A DNA stretch of 63,631 nt, filler included, from Nemertoderma westbladi (Eukaryota; Animalia; Xenacoelomorpha): the NCBI GenBank assembly GCA_032718475.1. It is 3 parts of 3 records of this genome, joined end to end, with 100 filler letters (N's around TTAATTAATTAA, not from the genome) between each part and the next. Parts side by side here need not be neighbours in the genome. Positions count along the whole stretch, not along the records: positions 1 to 30,837 come from JAUCBJ010002036.1; positions 30,938 to 60,085 come from JAUCBJ010002921.1; 1 more part is not named here. The stretch is one strand, 5' to 3'. Below, piece after piece: positions 23,154-35,129 of this stretch. The notes beneath the pieces were generated by a model. It was not told where the DNA came from. It saw only the letters and a program-made list of their open reading frames with translations, and searched no databases. Position 1 is the first letter of the stretch. The number at the start of each line of letters is the position of its first letter. A program made the translations under genes and the position numbers.

Positions 23154-26100
23154 CTGTCTGTCAACAGGCAGACCCTGGCGTTGTTTGACATGAAGGTTAT
23201 TAACCTTGATGCCGGGTCGTATGCCAATTATTGCTCCTTTCCTCGGCAGAGAAGGACAATAAGTGGTTGTATGCTGAGGCCGTCAACGCCCATTGAGCCA
23301 TCTTCTCCCCATTCGTGGCATCTTGTGACGGAGTGCTCGCCCCCCAGGCAACAAGTTACTCTGCATAATAGCGGGTTAAGCTTCACAGAACCTGGGGGCG
23401 GCCATAAAGCGTCGTGATGGGTTGGGTGCGTACAAGGATCCAGTTTACCCTTATAAGAGGCGCTTCCCATTGCGTGCGAGGGTCAAGGGTAGAGTGGTGG
23501 AGTGGTGGAGTGGCCTAATGTCTGGAAGATGGCACTGGGTTACCGGGATCTCCTACATATATTCTTCAAACTAATAATAACTTTACAACGCATTATTCGC
23601 CCGGGTCAACAAGGACCGCGTCCCTCAGTGGTACACCAGGCTGGGGTCGATAAATTGGCTACTGGAACAGAAGACAGAGAAGAAAGAAGAACCAACCTGT
23701 TGAAATGTAAAAAGACACTAAAGATTGCTACAATGAACGCGCGCATGGTGAAAGCACAGAGCAAACAGGGTGACATGGTCGCTCTGGCAATGGAATATAA
23801 CATCGACATCATCTGCATCCAAGAACATCGGATTTGTCATGTAGACACTGCCATAAAGTACAATGACATTGGAAATGGATGGACGTTAGTAACAAGCTCA
23901 GCAGTAAGAAACTCGGCCAATGCATCAATTGGTGGAGTAGGAATTCTGCTAAGCCCATTTGCACTTAAGACCCTAAACAACATCGAATCTATAAATTCCA
24001 GGGTTATGATCGCAACATTTGATGGGAATCCCAAGACAACAGTTATATGTTGCTACAGTCCAACCAATGCATCAGAGCCAGAACAAGCAGTCAAGTTTTA
24101 TGAAGAACTGACTGGACTTATTAAGGACATCCCGAAACACAATGTTAAAGTCATTGCTGGTGACCTGAATGCGCAAATTGGCCCAGAAGACATCAAGGGT
24201 TACACCTATAACACCAGTTCTAACAGAAATGGGTACTTACTTTTAGACCTAATGGAAGAATGTGAATTGATACCAACAAACAACACATTCGAAAAGAGTA
24301 AGGGGAAGCTATGTACCTTTCAATACCCTAATGGAACCAAAGCACAACTGGATTACATCCTTATAAACAAAAAGTGGAGAAATAGCATGATCAACTGCGA
24401 GGCATACAGCTCGTTCAACCTAATTGGTTCGGACCACAGAATTGTGACTGCAGAGATCAGACTCAGTTTGAGAGCCAGCAAACCCAGGACAAGCAAGCAA
24501 ATCAACTATGACTGGGAGAAACTCAGAACTGACAATGCTGTAAAGGATGCTTATACAGTAGAAGTTCAAAACCGCTTTGAAGCACTTCAGTCAATGGATG
24601 AAGACCAATCCACCGATTCAATATACCAGAATATAATAACAGCCCACAAGGAATCAGCTAAGAGGCATATCCCCCAGAAACCTAAACGAAAACAGTATGT
24701 GCCATGGCAAAACTCTGAGGTTACTTGTAAGAGAGAAGATCTTAAGATAGCCTACAAAGTTAAAACCGAACAACCAACAACCGAAAACATTAACAAGGTT
24801 GAGAAAGCTAAGGACGATCTTAAATTGGCCTACAACATCAGCCAGGAAAAGTACATACAGGATAAAACTGAAGCAATTACAACTGCTCACATACAGCAAC
24901 AATCAAGACTTACCTGGCAAACTGTAAATGAGGTATCTGGTCGGAAAAGTTGTGCAAAGGGGCGCATCAAAGCCGATAGTCCTGAAGAACGTGTTGGGAA
25001 GTGGAAAAATCACTTCAGCAACTTGCTTGGGCAGCCACCAAACATCGAGGTCAGCCCTACAAGGAAAATATATGACAAGACACTACCTATAGAAACAGGG
25101 GACTTCACACCTTCCGAACTCCAAAGAAGCATTAATAGCATGTCCAATAATAAAGCGAGTGGATTAGATGAAATCCCAGCGGAGGTATGGAAAACCGGAG
25201 TGCTAAATAGACCATTATTGAATGTTTGCAACCGGATGTTAAAAGGGGAAAAGCCACCACCAATTTGGACTAAAGGTCAACTAAAGCCTCTCCCCAAGAA
25301 AGGAGACCTCGGCATACCAACAAACTATCATGGGATCTGTCTGCTTGTGGTAGCTGCCAAAATATACAATAAAATGATTCTATATAGGATTAGGCCTCAC
25401 ATAGAGAAACTACTGCGTAAGAGCCAAAACGGATTTCGACCAAGTAGATCAACAATAGCTCAGATACTTGCACTACGGAGACTGATTGAAGGAATTAAGT
25501 CAAAGAATCTCCCCGCAGTCATGACTTTTGTGGACTTCAAGAAGGCATTCGACTCCATCCATAGAGGTAAAATGCTTGAAATCCTAAGAGCTTATGGAAT
25601 ACCAGAAGTAATTGTTGGTGGCATTGGATTGTTATATTGTGACACAGAAGCGCAGGTACTCTCACCAGATGGTGAAACTGAGTTTTTCTCAATCCTGGCT
25701 GGTGTACTGCAAGGTGACACATTAGCACCATTACTATTTGTAATTGTGCTGGATTACGCAATGAGGACGGGATCTGGGGAGTGAAGGACGGGAGTGAAGA
25801 TCTGGGATTCACACTTCAAGAACGCAGAAGTAGTAGATATCCGGCAACTACAGTCACAGACACCGACTTTGCGGATGACATCGCCCTGCTCTCTAATACG
25901 CTAGCAGATGCACAGCTTCTACTAAATAAAGTGGAGAGGGCTGCTAAGGAGGTTGGATTACATATAAATGCTACCAAGACCGAATTCATGACCTTTAATG
26001 TTGATGGAAACTTGACAACCATTGATAATAATCAACTAAGGAAGGTCGATGACTTCCAGTACCTTGGATCATGGATAGAGAGTAGCAAAAAGGACATAGA

Positions 26101-26614
26101 AGTTAGGAAAGCAAAGGCTTGGGTAGCTCTATCAAAAATGGATACCATCTGGAAATCAGATCTCTCCAGGCACCTGAAAACTAAGTTCATTCGAGCCACA
26201 GTGGAAAGTGTATTTTTATACGGTGGTGAGACCTGGATACTGACTAAATCACTTGAAGAACGAATTGATGGTTGCTACACAAGACTACTAAGGGCAGCCC
26301 TAAACATCAGCTGGAGACAACACATGACAAACGCCGAGCTTTATGGTACAATACCACCTGTATCAACCACCCTCCGTGAACGCAGATTAAGATTCAGTGG
26401 GCACTGCTGGCGAAGTAAAGACGAGGTCATACCAGATCTACTTCTCTGGCAACCAACTCATGGAAAGCGTAGTCGTGGACGACCTGCCATAACATAGATC
26501 AACTTGAAAGGGATACTGAACTTGGGAGAAAGGAAATTGCGACAACTATGGAGAATCGGGAAGCCTTGAAGGATCTCATTTCCACTGTCCGAGTTTGCTC
26601 GACCTAGTAGTAGT
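23154..26614 (+). mobile_element. RTE-clade LINE family A, apparently full length, single APE-RT ORF with frameshifts
   Basis: IATMNAR, CIQEHR, GGVGIL, CYSPTN, GDLNA, LDYIL, SDHR (APE); DFKKAFDS, GVLQGDTLAP, DFADDI, YLGS (RT). GC-richer ~350-bp 5' UTR and TAGTAGTAG tail. Confidence 0.95.
23502..26607 (+). pseudogene. APE endonuclease / reverse transcriptase ORF of RTE-A
   Basis: 760-aa and 238-aa ORFs are split by a small local duplication at ~25770-25800. Premature stop at 26497 from a 4-bp loss relative to the copy at 46164-46979. Confidence 0.92.
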
Positions 26615-26814
26615 ATTATTCAATAATATATATGTTATACCTATTTTTTATCTACAGAAAAAATTATATTATAAGGAAGTCTTCTGTCTGTACCTATAAT
26701 AAAATGGAAAATTATTAAAGGGATATAATTGGTTTATATAATTATTTTTTTTAGATTAAGATTTACAACGATTTCTACAAGAGGCCATTTAAGAAGATAG
26801 CAATGCCTGTCCAT

Positions 26815-27280
26815 AGGGAGGATCAGCATGCTGCATTGCAGTTGCATTTTTAAGAATGCTGTGCTGGCTTTAAGAATGCTGTGCTGGGAGTTGTGGGCGC
26901 TGCCACAACTCCCTATCACCCATGTCATTTGCTAGATCATCCTCATCTTCAAGGCCAGTATCCTTTAAGATGCGTCACAAGAAAGTCATGGGCTGACCAC
27001 CATGCTTATTCACTCCATGTTGCTGCCAAAGCACAAGATTATGGACTGGCTGGTCCTCACGGCGAAAGCAATGTCTTGCAAAGCGGAGGCGACTTTGTTC
27101 TAATGTCAAGTTTGGGGGAACCAATGAAACACCTCCAATGTTATATAGTGTCTGGTTGGAGATGTGTGCATTATACTTGACACAATGAACCCAGCGTAGC
27201 ATTATTGTGAATGTGCCATCCAGAGATTTGGTGTCCTTAGCAGTTAGAGCCCAGCATGAACTCCATAGAGGAGTAGGAAT
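26815..27280 (-). mobile_element. RTE family B 3' fragment
   Basis: MLRWVHCVKYNAHISN..LRFARHCFRREDQPVHNLVLWQ; homologous to 62485-63631. Confidence 0.9.
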
Positions 27281-27499
27281 GACATAATGATGTCAAATAT
27301 GTAGCAGCCAATCACAGCCGATTTTCAAAATTGGCTTCCCAGCTTACTTAAATTAAACCTGCCATTTCGACCGTTTCCTTGTGTTTTTACACACCCCGCC
27401 GCTGGATTCAGGGCACCTTCTTACCCCTTATTTAATTGTTTCTAGCCCAACAATTTTTCCATGCACCAACACTATTATCATGCAATAAATAATCTCAAT

Positions 27500-27535
27500 C
27501 TCACGTTTTGGCCTATGAGACCTCATCAGTAGTGC
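27500..27535 (-). ncRNA. Degenerate hammerhead ribozyme core (Penelope-like remnant)
   Basis: Minus strand reads CTGATGA-GGTCT-CAT-AGGCC-AAAAC-GTG. Stem II is intact; the conserved GAAA is mutated to AAAA. Confidence 0.4.
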
Positions 27536-28415
27536 TAACCAGTCCCGCCACTTGCCCTTGACACTTGCTCTCCCATCTAATCTACTTACATTGAACAGGC
27601 AGTCTTAAGTTGCATATCCTATCACTAACAGTGGACCTAACAACCTTAAGTATGTTGCTATGTTCCTATTAAATTCTAGAAAATCATTATATCTAGTGAT
27701 TATTTGGTTACATTTGTCACATTTAGTCATGTTCACTGGGGATCAAAAAGTGTTCACATTAGAGAAATATTGGCAAACAAATTCTTGGCAAACAGCAAGG
27801 TCACGATTTTAAAATTCGCCAATGAGTACCACAATCAACACTGCCTGACCAGGAACAGGAAAGACATAGCTAGAATCATAATAAAATTTCGGAATGAGAA
27901 AAGTTTAGTTAGGAAATTGGAATCTGGTCGTCCTCCCATCAGCCCTACCATACCAATCAATCAACTTCATTAGGATGTACATCACTTTGTGTCAATTTGA
28001 GTCGAAGTATCAACCAAAGAATTTTAAGCCATATGAAATTCAAGTCGAGATCGATGTCAAGTCGAGATCAAGCCGGTATACGGGAGGACCTTATTAGCGA
28101 CTTTGCAGGAATGCCCGAGGAGGAGGATCGATTGCCTACGCCTTACGTGGATACTAGACCATTGTTGCTTTGGGCCATAGAGCAAGGATATTTCCGAAAG
28201 TATAACACGCTTAAAACTGGAACCGGTTATATCGCATATCTTATGTTCAGTTGGGACTATAAGGAGAGCAAGAGGAGCAAATACTCAGACGTATACGATG
28301 AAGAGATCGAGACATCGACATCGAGATCGACAAACTTAATTTATTAATACTGGCCCTACGGCCACAGCTAGCCCATCACCAAGGTATCATCAGCCAGTCT
28401 GTAGCTAAACACGGT

Positions 28416-30837
28416 GTGAAATCCGCTCGCTCGACAAAGCGCCATCTAGCGGATATCTCAGGATTCTCCACGATTTTACGTACCGGACAGTTTCAGTGTT
28501 TCACGGATTGACAGACTGCCGATCTGTGGTACGGTGCAATATTTATTCGTACCACGGGCCTATAGGACTGATTTTCCTGTATTCAGCACAACACATACTG
28601 ACACATTCAGATATGTGATTGTGCCGACGATAGATACAGTTACAGTTCGAGGACATAGCCTGATAGCTGCATAGTCTCTAGTTACTAGTTAGCGGTGCAT
28701 ATTTGTATGTACGGTCATCGATATATGGGTCGTATTACAGTCTGGTAACTTACATTATACCAGTCTATCAGTATATTCATCGTTTTTACTATTGTACTAG
28801 ACTTTACAGCTAAATATACTTCCATGTATGTCTGTGCGTTAGCGAAAAATATTATTAGTATATCGGGACTACCACACGCTTCTAGACCTACACCGCAGTT
28901 CGGCCTGTCAGCCTGTCCTTCTGTCTTTTCGTTATAGCTCATCCTGCCATCCGTCCGTATACCTGTGTGGTCGTCACAGTACGAATAAATAAAAAATTTA
29001 TACGAAAACCGGCAACCGGTACTGAAATACTGACAGATTTAGGCTAGGCCTAACTGCCTAATACTGTAATACAGTAGTACCGACGGGTCAAAATTTTATT
29101 GACCCACCGCCCACCCGAAAATAAGTACAAAGTACCGGGTACTAAAGTCTGAAAGTACTGCAGTACTGTACCGGTACTGAAGTACGACGATATATATTTA
29201 ACAAATTGTCGTACCCTACCCTGCTGCCCTGCTGGCTGCCTAATCCTGGTACGAGTATGCCTATTCCTGTATTCCACAGGAAAGTTATATCTGTCTATCA
29301 GTCTATAGCTCAGTAGATCTGTAGATAGATAGGCTATATCAGTATATACCCTGATTTATATATCATATATATATATACATCAGCCAGTCACTGAGTCAGC
29401 ATATCTGCCCTATCTCAGTACCGGTATCTGCCTATTGCAGTACTGCCTGCTAAATAGGGATAGGCCTAGACTTGAACCGCTATATGATACTCGGTCTTGT
29501 CTAACTGTCTAAGGTCAGAAGTTCTAAAAATAAATTACAGAATTATATAAATATATTACTGGTAACTTTCGTTTTTATATGAAACCCAGACTGCCAGTCT
29601 ATCATTCTATCTGTCTATCATTTCAGCATTTCCAACTACATCGATTTTGTTTATGTAGGCTATGGAGCACACTTCGGAAATCGATGATTCTCTACAATAT
29701 ATTGATAGTACAATCAGGCCTATCAGTAATACCCTTCCCACTTGTACATCGTTAGGCCTACAGAGAAACTACTTAGAAAACCCTCTATGCACATCTGGCC
29801 CGGCCGTTGTACGACCCAGAGTAACCAGTACCGATCAGTATAGGCATAACCCCATTTCGGTAACCTCTGATCAATATATACCGGTTCAGGTAACTTCGAC
29901 CACCGACACTACCGGTACTGATGTTATATTTCCGGCAACATGGTCCAATACTAATAGTTCTACATTGAAAGCTACTATTAGAGGCCATAAAGCGCATTTT
30001 ACGCGCATTTTCAATCAATTTACGAGTTTGGAATCTCTAGGGACTACCGGTTCCCACAATGAAACACTTTTACAAAAACATAGAGTTGCCATTAATATCA
30101 AACATAAGATATCTGAACTCTATATCTCAGCTATAGAAATACTTACTGGTCTTAAGTACTATCAGGAATCTGAGGATTATAAACTCGAATTTCAGTCCTT
30201 GATGGATGTCCTACATAAAAAATGTTTGTATATGGAAAGATCCATCGAGGGCTTACAGTCCGAACCTGGTGTGTTTTTTGCAGCAGATATACCACTTCCT
30301 CTTCATTCAACACAAATATTTAACAATGATGATGATCGTAGGTCGGAATCAGACTCACACTCAGTTTCTCATTCTGCTAAATCTTCCTCAACTCAGGTCA
30401 CTGCAGGGAATCGTACCCTCCGTGCAATTCATAGACAACGCAGGGCCGAATTAAAATTAAAACAATTGGAACGCCAAGCACAAATAAGGCTAGAAATTGA
30501 ATTACAAACAGCCAGAGATCTAGCAGAACAAACCCAATTAGATTCACAGCTGGCAATCGAATCACTGAGACAATCTGAGGTTTTTGAAGGACTTATCGAT
30601 GATGACTGGTTGGCTCAGCAGGAATATCCAAATGATGACATCATCCCAGTTTCTCATATTTCGACAGAAATTTCAAACCCCCCTTCTACCAGCATCGACT
30701 TCAACTCAAATTTACTGCCTGTATCCAGCACATTTCATGCACCAGCAGTAATTACCACTGTATCTCAAACAACTGTAGGTACTAGTGCATATTGGGCTCA
30801 ACCAAAGTTATATAAAGAACACCCTTCTGCTCCATTG
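28416..30837 (+). mobile_element. Probable BEL/Pao LTR retrotransposon 5' part (LTR/leader plus gag), cut by contig end
   Basis: Begins TGTGAAAT, long non-coding leader with AATAAA, then an open Gag-like ORF. LTR boundaries and PBS not resolved. Confidence 0.5.
29662..30837 (+). CDS. BEL/Pao-like Gag N-terminal region (partial)
   Basis: ~392 codons open to the gap. LKATIRGHKAHFTR, Ser-rich patch and RRAELKLKQL..Q coiled coil resemble BEL/Pao Gag N-termini. Confidence 0.55.
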
Positions 30838-30937
30838 NNNNNNNNNNNNNNNNNNNNNNNNNNNNNNNNNNNNNNNNNNNNTTAATTAATTAANNNNNNN
30901 NNNNNNNNNNNNNNNNNNNNNNNNNNNNNNNNNNNNN
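30838..30937. other. Artificial contig linker
   Basis: 44 N + TTAATTAATTAA (stops in all six frames) + 44 N. Confidence 0.97.
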
Positions 30938-31155
30938 GAAGCAAGTTGATCGATCTCCATGCCTTGGATGATTGCCTGCTGTCGTCAGCATCATTGATGG
31001 CATCAACCTGTTGGTTTATTAGCTCCTGTAAATTAATAGAGTACTGCCTGTTCAGGGACCTAGATGCAGCCTTAACTGCATTCTTGGCCGCTGTAGTCTG
31101 TTTGAGTCGGGACTCTTTCTGCGCCTTGTAGAGGTCATTTCGGCACTTCTGAATT
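30938..31155 (-). mobile_element. RTE family B internal fragment
   Basis: Diverged paralog of 34495-34712 (TACTGCCTGTT.AGGGACCTAGATGCAGCCTTAACTGCAT). Confidence 0.8.
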
Positions 31156-31184
31156 TATAAACCTAAATCTGAATTTATTTAAGT

Positions 31185-33425
31185 TATAAACCCTAGAGTT
31201 AGTGGGGATATAAAGTACAACTCGTTTTATAAACCCTGAGTTAGTGGGATATAAAATGCAACTCGTTTTATAAACCCTGAGTTAGTGGGGATATAAAGTA
31301 CAACTTGTTTTATGAAACCAAAAGTTAGTGGGGACATAAAGTACAACTCGTTTTATAAATCCGAGAGTTAGTGGGGATATAAAGGACAACTCGTTTTATG
31401 AACCCGAGAGTTAGTGGGGATATAAAGTACAACTCGTTTTATAAACCCTGAGTTAGTGGGGATATAAAGTACAACTCGTTTTATGAACCCAAGAGTTAGT
31501 GGGGATATAAAGTACAACTCGTTTTATAAACCCGAGAGTTAGTGGGGATATAAAGTACAACTGGTTTTATAAATCCGAGAGTTATTGGGGATATAAAGTA
31601 CAACTCGTTTTATAAATCCGAGAGTTATTGGGGATATAAAGTACAACTCGTTTTATAAGCCCTAGAGTTAGCTGCGATATAAAATACAATTCGTTTTATA
31701 ACCCCGAGAGTTAGTGGGGATATAAAGTACAACTCGTTTTATAAATCCGAGAGTTATTGGGGATATAAAGTACAACTCGTTTTATAAACCCTAGAGTTAG
31801 TGGGATATAAAGTACAACTCGTTTTATAAACCCGAGAGTTAGTGGGGATATAAAGTACAATTCGTTTTATAAACCCTAGAGTTAGCTGCGATATAAAATA
31901 CAATTCGTTTTATAACCCCGAGAGTTAGTGGGGATATAAAGTACAACTCGTTTTATAAACCCTAGAGTTAGCTGCGATATAAAATACAATTCGTTTTATA
32001 AACCCGAGAGTTAGTGGGGATATAAAGTACAATTCGTTTTATGAACCCTGAGTTAGCTGCGATATAAAATACAATTCGTTTTATAAACCCGAGAGTTAGT
32101 GGGGATATAAAGTACAACTCGTTTTATGAACCCAAGAGTTAGTGGGGATATAAAGTACAACTCGTTTTATAAATCCGAGAGTTATTGGGGATATAAAGTA
32201 CAACTCGTTTTATAAACCCTGAGTTAGTGGGGATATAAAGTACAACTCGTTTTATAAACCTGAGAGTTAGCTGCGATATAAAATACAATTCGTTTTATAA
32301 CCCCGAGAGTTAGTGGGGATATAAAGTACAACTCGTTTTATAAACCCGAGAGTTAGCTGCGAAATAAAATACAATTCGTTTTATAACCCCGAGAGTTAGT
32401 GGGGATATAAAGTACAACTCGTTTTATAAACCCGAGAGTTAGCTGCGATATAAAATACAATTCGTTTTATAACCCCGAGAGTTAGTGAGGATATAAAGTA
32501 CAACTCGCTTTTTTAAACCCTAAGGTTAGTGGGATATAAAATACAACTCGTTTTATAAACCCTAGAGTTAGTGGGGATATAAAGTACAACTCGTTTTATA
32601 AACCGGAGAGTTAGTGGGGATATAAAGTACAACTCATTTTTTTAAACCCTAAGGTTAGTGGGATATAAAATACAACTCGTTTTATGAACCCAAGAGTTAG
32701 TGGGGATATAAAGTACAACTCGTTTTATAAAGCCTAGAGTTAGTGGGATATAAAATACAACTCGTTTTATAAACCGGAGAGTTAGTGGGGATATAAAGTA
32801 CAACTCGTTTTATATTGAATGAATGGGCAATCTTTTTAGGCTCGTTAAGCCAAGGAATGCCTGTTCACCACCATGGGTGATCTTCCACAGTAAACCCTTT
32901 CACTCTGTTTCCCAAGTTGCCTTGGTTACCATTTATCGACCAGTTAAGGATGAAAGCCAGTGTTGGGCTAGGCTGCAGCATTTAAAGCATTGTGCCCAAA
33001 CAGTGCTGCCCCATCTAGGGATCGAACCAATGCCTCCTGATTGGAAGCTCAGGAATGTCACCATTATACCAAGCTGCTTCGAGTTATGTTTTATATCCCT
33101 CTAACTCGTTTTATAAACCCGAGATTTAGAGGGATATAAAATAAAACTTGTTTTATAAACCCAGGAGTTAGAGGGATATAAAATACAACTTGTTTTATAA
33201 ACCCAGGAGTTAGAGGGATATAAAATACAATTCGCTTTATAAACCCGAGAGTCAGGGGGTTATAAAGTACAACTCGTTTTATAAAACCGAGAGTTAGTGG
33301 GGTTATAAAGTACAACTAGTTTTACTAACCCAAGCGTTGGAGGGGGTATAAAGTACAATTCGTTTAATAAACCCGAGAGTTAAGTGGGGATAGTACAACT
33401 GGTTTTATAAACCTGGGTGTTAATG
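31185..33425. repeat. 42-43-bp minisatellite, roughly 45 copies, interrupted by a SINE
   Basis: Unit GAGTTAGTGGGGATATAAAGTACAACTCGTTTTATAAACCCGA. Confidence 0.97.
32815..33080 (-). mobile_element. tRNA-derived SINE with Nin/Deu-type core
   Basis: Minus strand: A box TGGTATAATGG, anticodon-like loop CTTCCAA, B box GGTTCGATCCC, core GGCTTTCATCCTTAACTGGTCGATAAATGGTAACCA, short (TTCA)n tail. Confidence 0.82.
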
Positions 33426-33574
33426 GTACGAATAAATTATAAGTTTATGAAAAAACCTTACAACTTTGTTTCTTATTACGGGGAGAAAGGGAACGATCTA
33501 CAAACCTGCTAGTTGTCTTCGGTTTGCTGCCCACGAGAGTTTCCAATATTATTAATTTCCATAATCGAACCCAT

Positions 33575-34832
33575 ATTCACTGCCAAGTGGTTAGAGCCCA
33601 GCATGGACTCCCATATAAGAGTACTGGTACTACTGCTGCCCTAAATAAACGAACCTTGAGGTTCCGTTTTATTATATGGGACTATCAAATCCTGAGCAGA
33701 CTATTCAATGCTGCCCATGCCTTCCCCTTACGTATTCGAAGGTCTTCACTTGATCCATGATCCCAAGTAGCAGAAGTCATCCACATGCCCTGGAGGGAGC
33801 TTATGCCCTTACGATCAGACATTTCTTTAGGGCTGTCAAGGTTTACTGTCAACATTGTGGTCTTCTTGGAGTTTACAAAAGGTCCAACACTAGAAGCAAC
33901 CTGCTCCAATGAGCAGAGGAGCCTTTGGGCTCCCTCTAGTGATTCTGACAGTACCCCTAAGTCAAGTCATCAGCAAAGTCTAGAGCAGTAAGGTACTTTG
34001 CTGGATTTCCTGTACTTATTGTGCCACTAGGGGGTGTTACCATCACTCCATCATTATTAAGATGGTCTAAGAACATGCGTAAAATATAATCACCCACAAT
34101 TTCGAATAAGAATGGTGCAAGTGTGTCACCCTGATAGATCGAATAGATCTGTATCACCGTCAGCATTAGACACAAATGTGGTGGAACCATCCTACAGTGA
34201 TCCGATAGCTGCAATAATTTCCTCAGGAATCACATATGCTGCAAGTATGCTGAACATACTTGGTCGTGAGACTGAGTAAATTTTAAAGACCCCAGGGAGC
34301 ACAATGGGAGAACAATGGGGGTATCTGTGAGCACCGACTCAGATACACGATGTACTGTACCTCAAAGTTATCATATCAGGCATTACCCTGTCATTGTTTA
34401 AAAGCTTCTCAAAGTGGGCATTCCAACCATTGAGGCGTTCAGCTGGAGATTCAGCCTTAAACTTGGTGGTTAGTTGACTTTTCCTCATAGTGAGCTGGTT
34501 TATTGATTGCCACGCCTGGGCTGATTGCCTGCTATCATAGGCATTGTTAATGGCATCAACCTACTTATTGATAAGCTCCTTCAGATTATCAGACCATACT
34601 GCCTGTTAAGGGACCTAGATGCAGCCTTAACTGCATCCTTGGCTGTCCTCGTGTGCCTGAGCCAGTTGGACTCATTCCGCGCCTTAGAGAGGTTATTTCG
34701 GAACTTATGAATTCTGTGGTCAGTCCATGACCACGTTTTTCCTGTTTCGAGTTGCTAACATAACTGCTTCTGTGAAGGCAGTATAGCCCTCGCAGTGATC
34801 TGCTGTTTCAGAGGCGAGAATCTCCCAACCTC
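33575..34832 (-). mobile_element. RTE family B linker plus RT portion, decayed
   Basis: QGDTLAPFLF, LDFADDL, EDLRIRKGKAWAALN; homologous to 62485-63631. Confidence 0.9.
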
Positions 34833-35129
34833 ATTTTTTTTTAATTGAACATCTGGGCTAGCGCCCCCAGCGGCTATATTAACAATATTCAAAATATTAT
34901 GATAATATATTATTTATAGAAAACGGCACATTGCAATGTAATTTAAAATTAACGGCGGTCATGATACTTAATAAAAGGTCTGACAAATATTATACTATAC
35001 ATACATAAAAACGGAATAAGTAAAAGGTCTAGCGCAAGGATTGTAAATAAATTTTAGGTTTATGTTGTAAAGTTATTGTAATATAGTTAGATTTGATTGT
35101 TACAATATGAACTTAATACTGCAGATCAT

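Noticed and set aside
33005-33080. tRNA-Gly gene
   Set aside because: The acceptor and T stems pair poorly, and it is followed by a SINE core and tail, so it is called a SINE head.
31185-33425. CRISPR-like array
   Set aside because: Contiguous 43-bp units without spacers.
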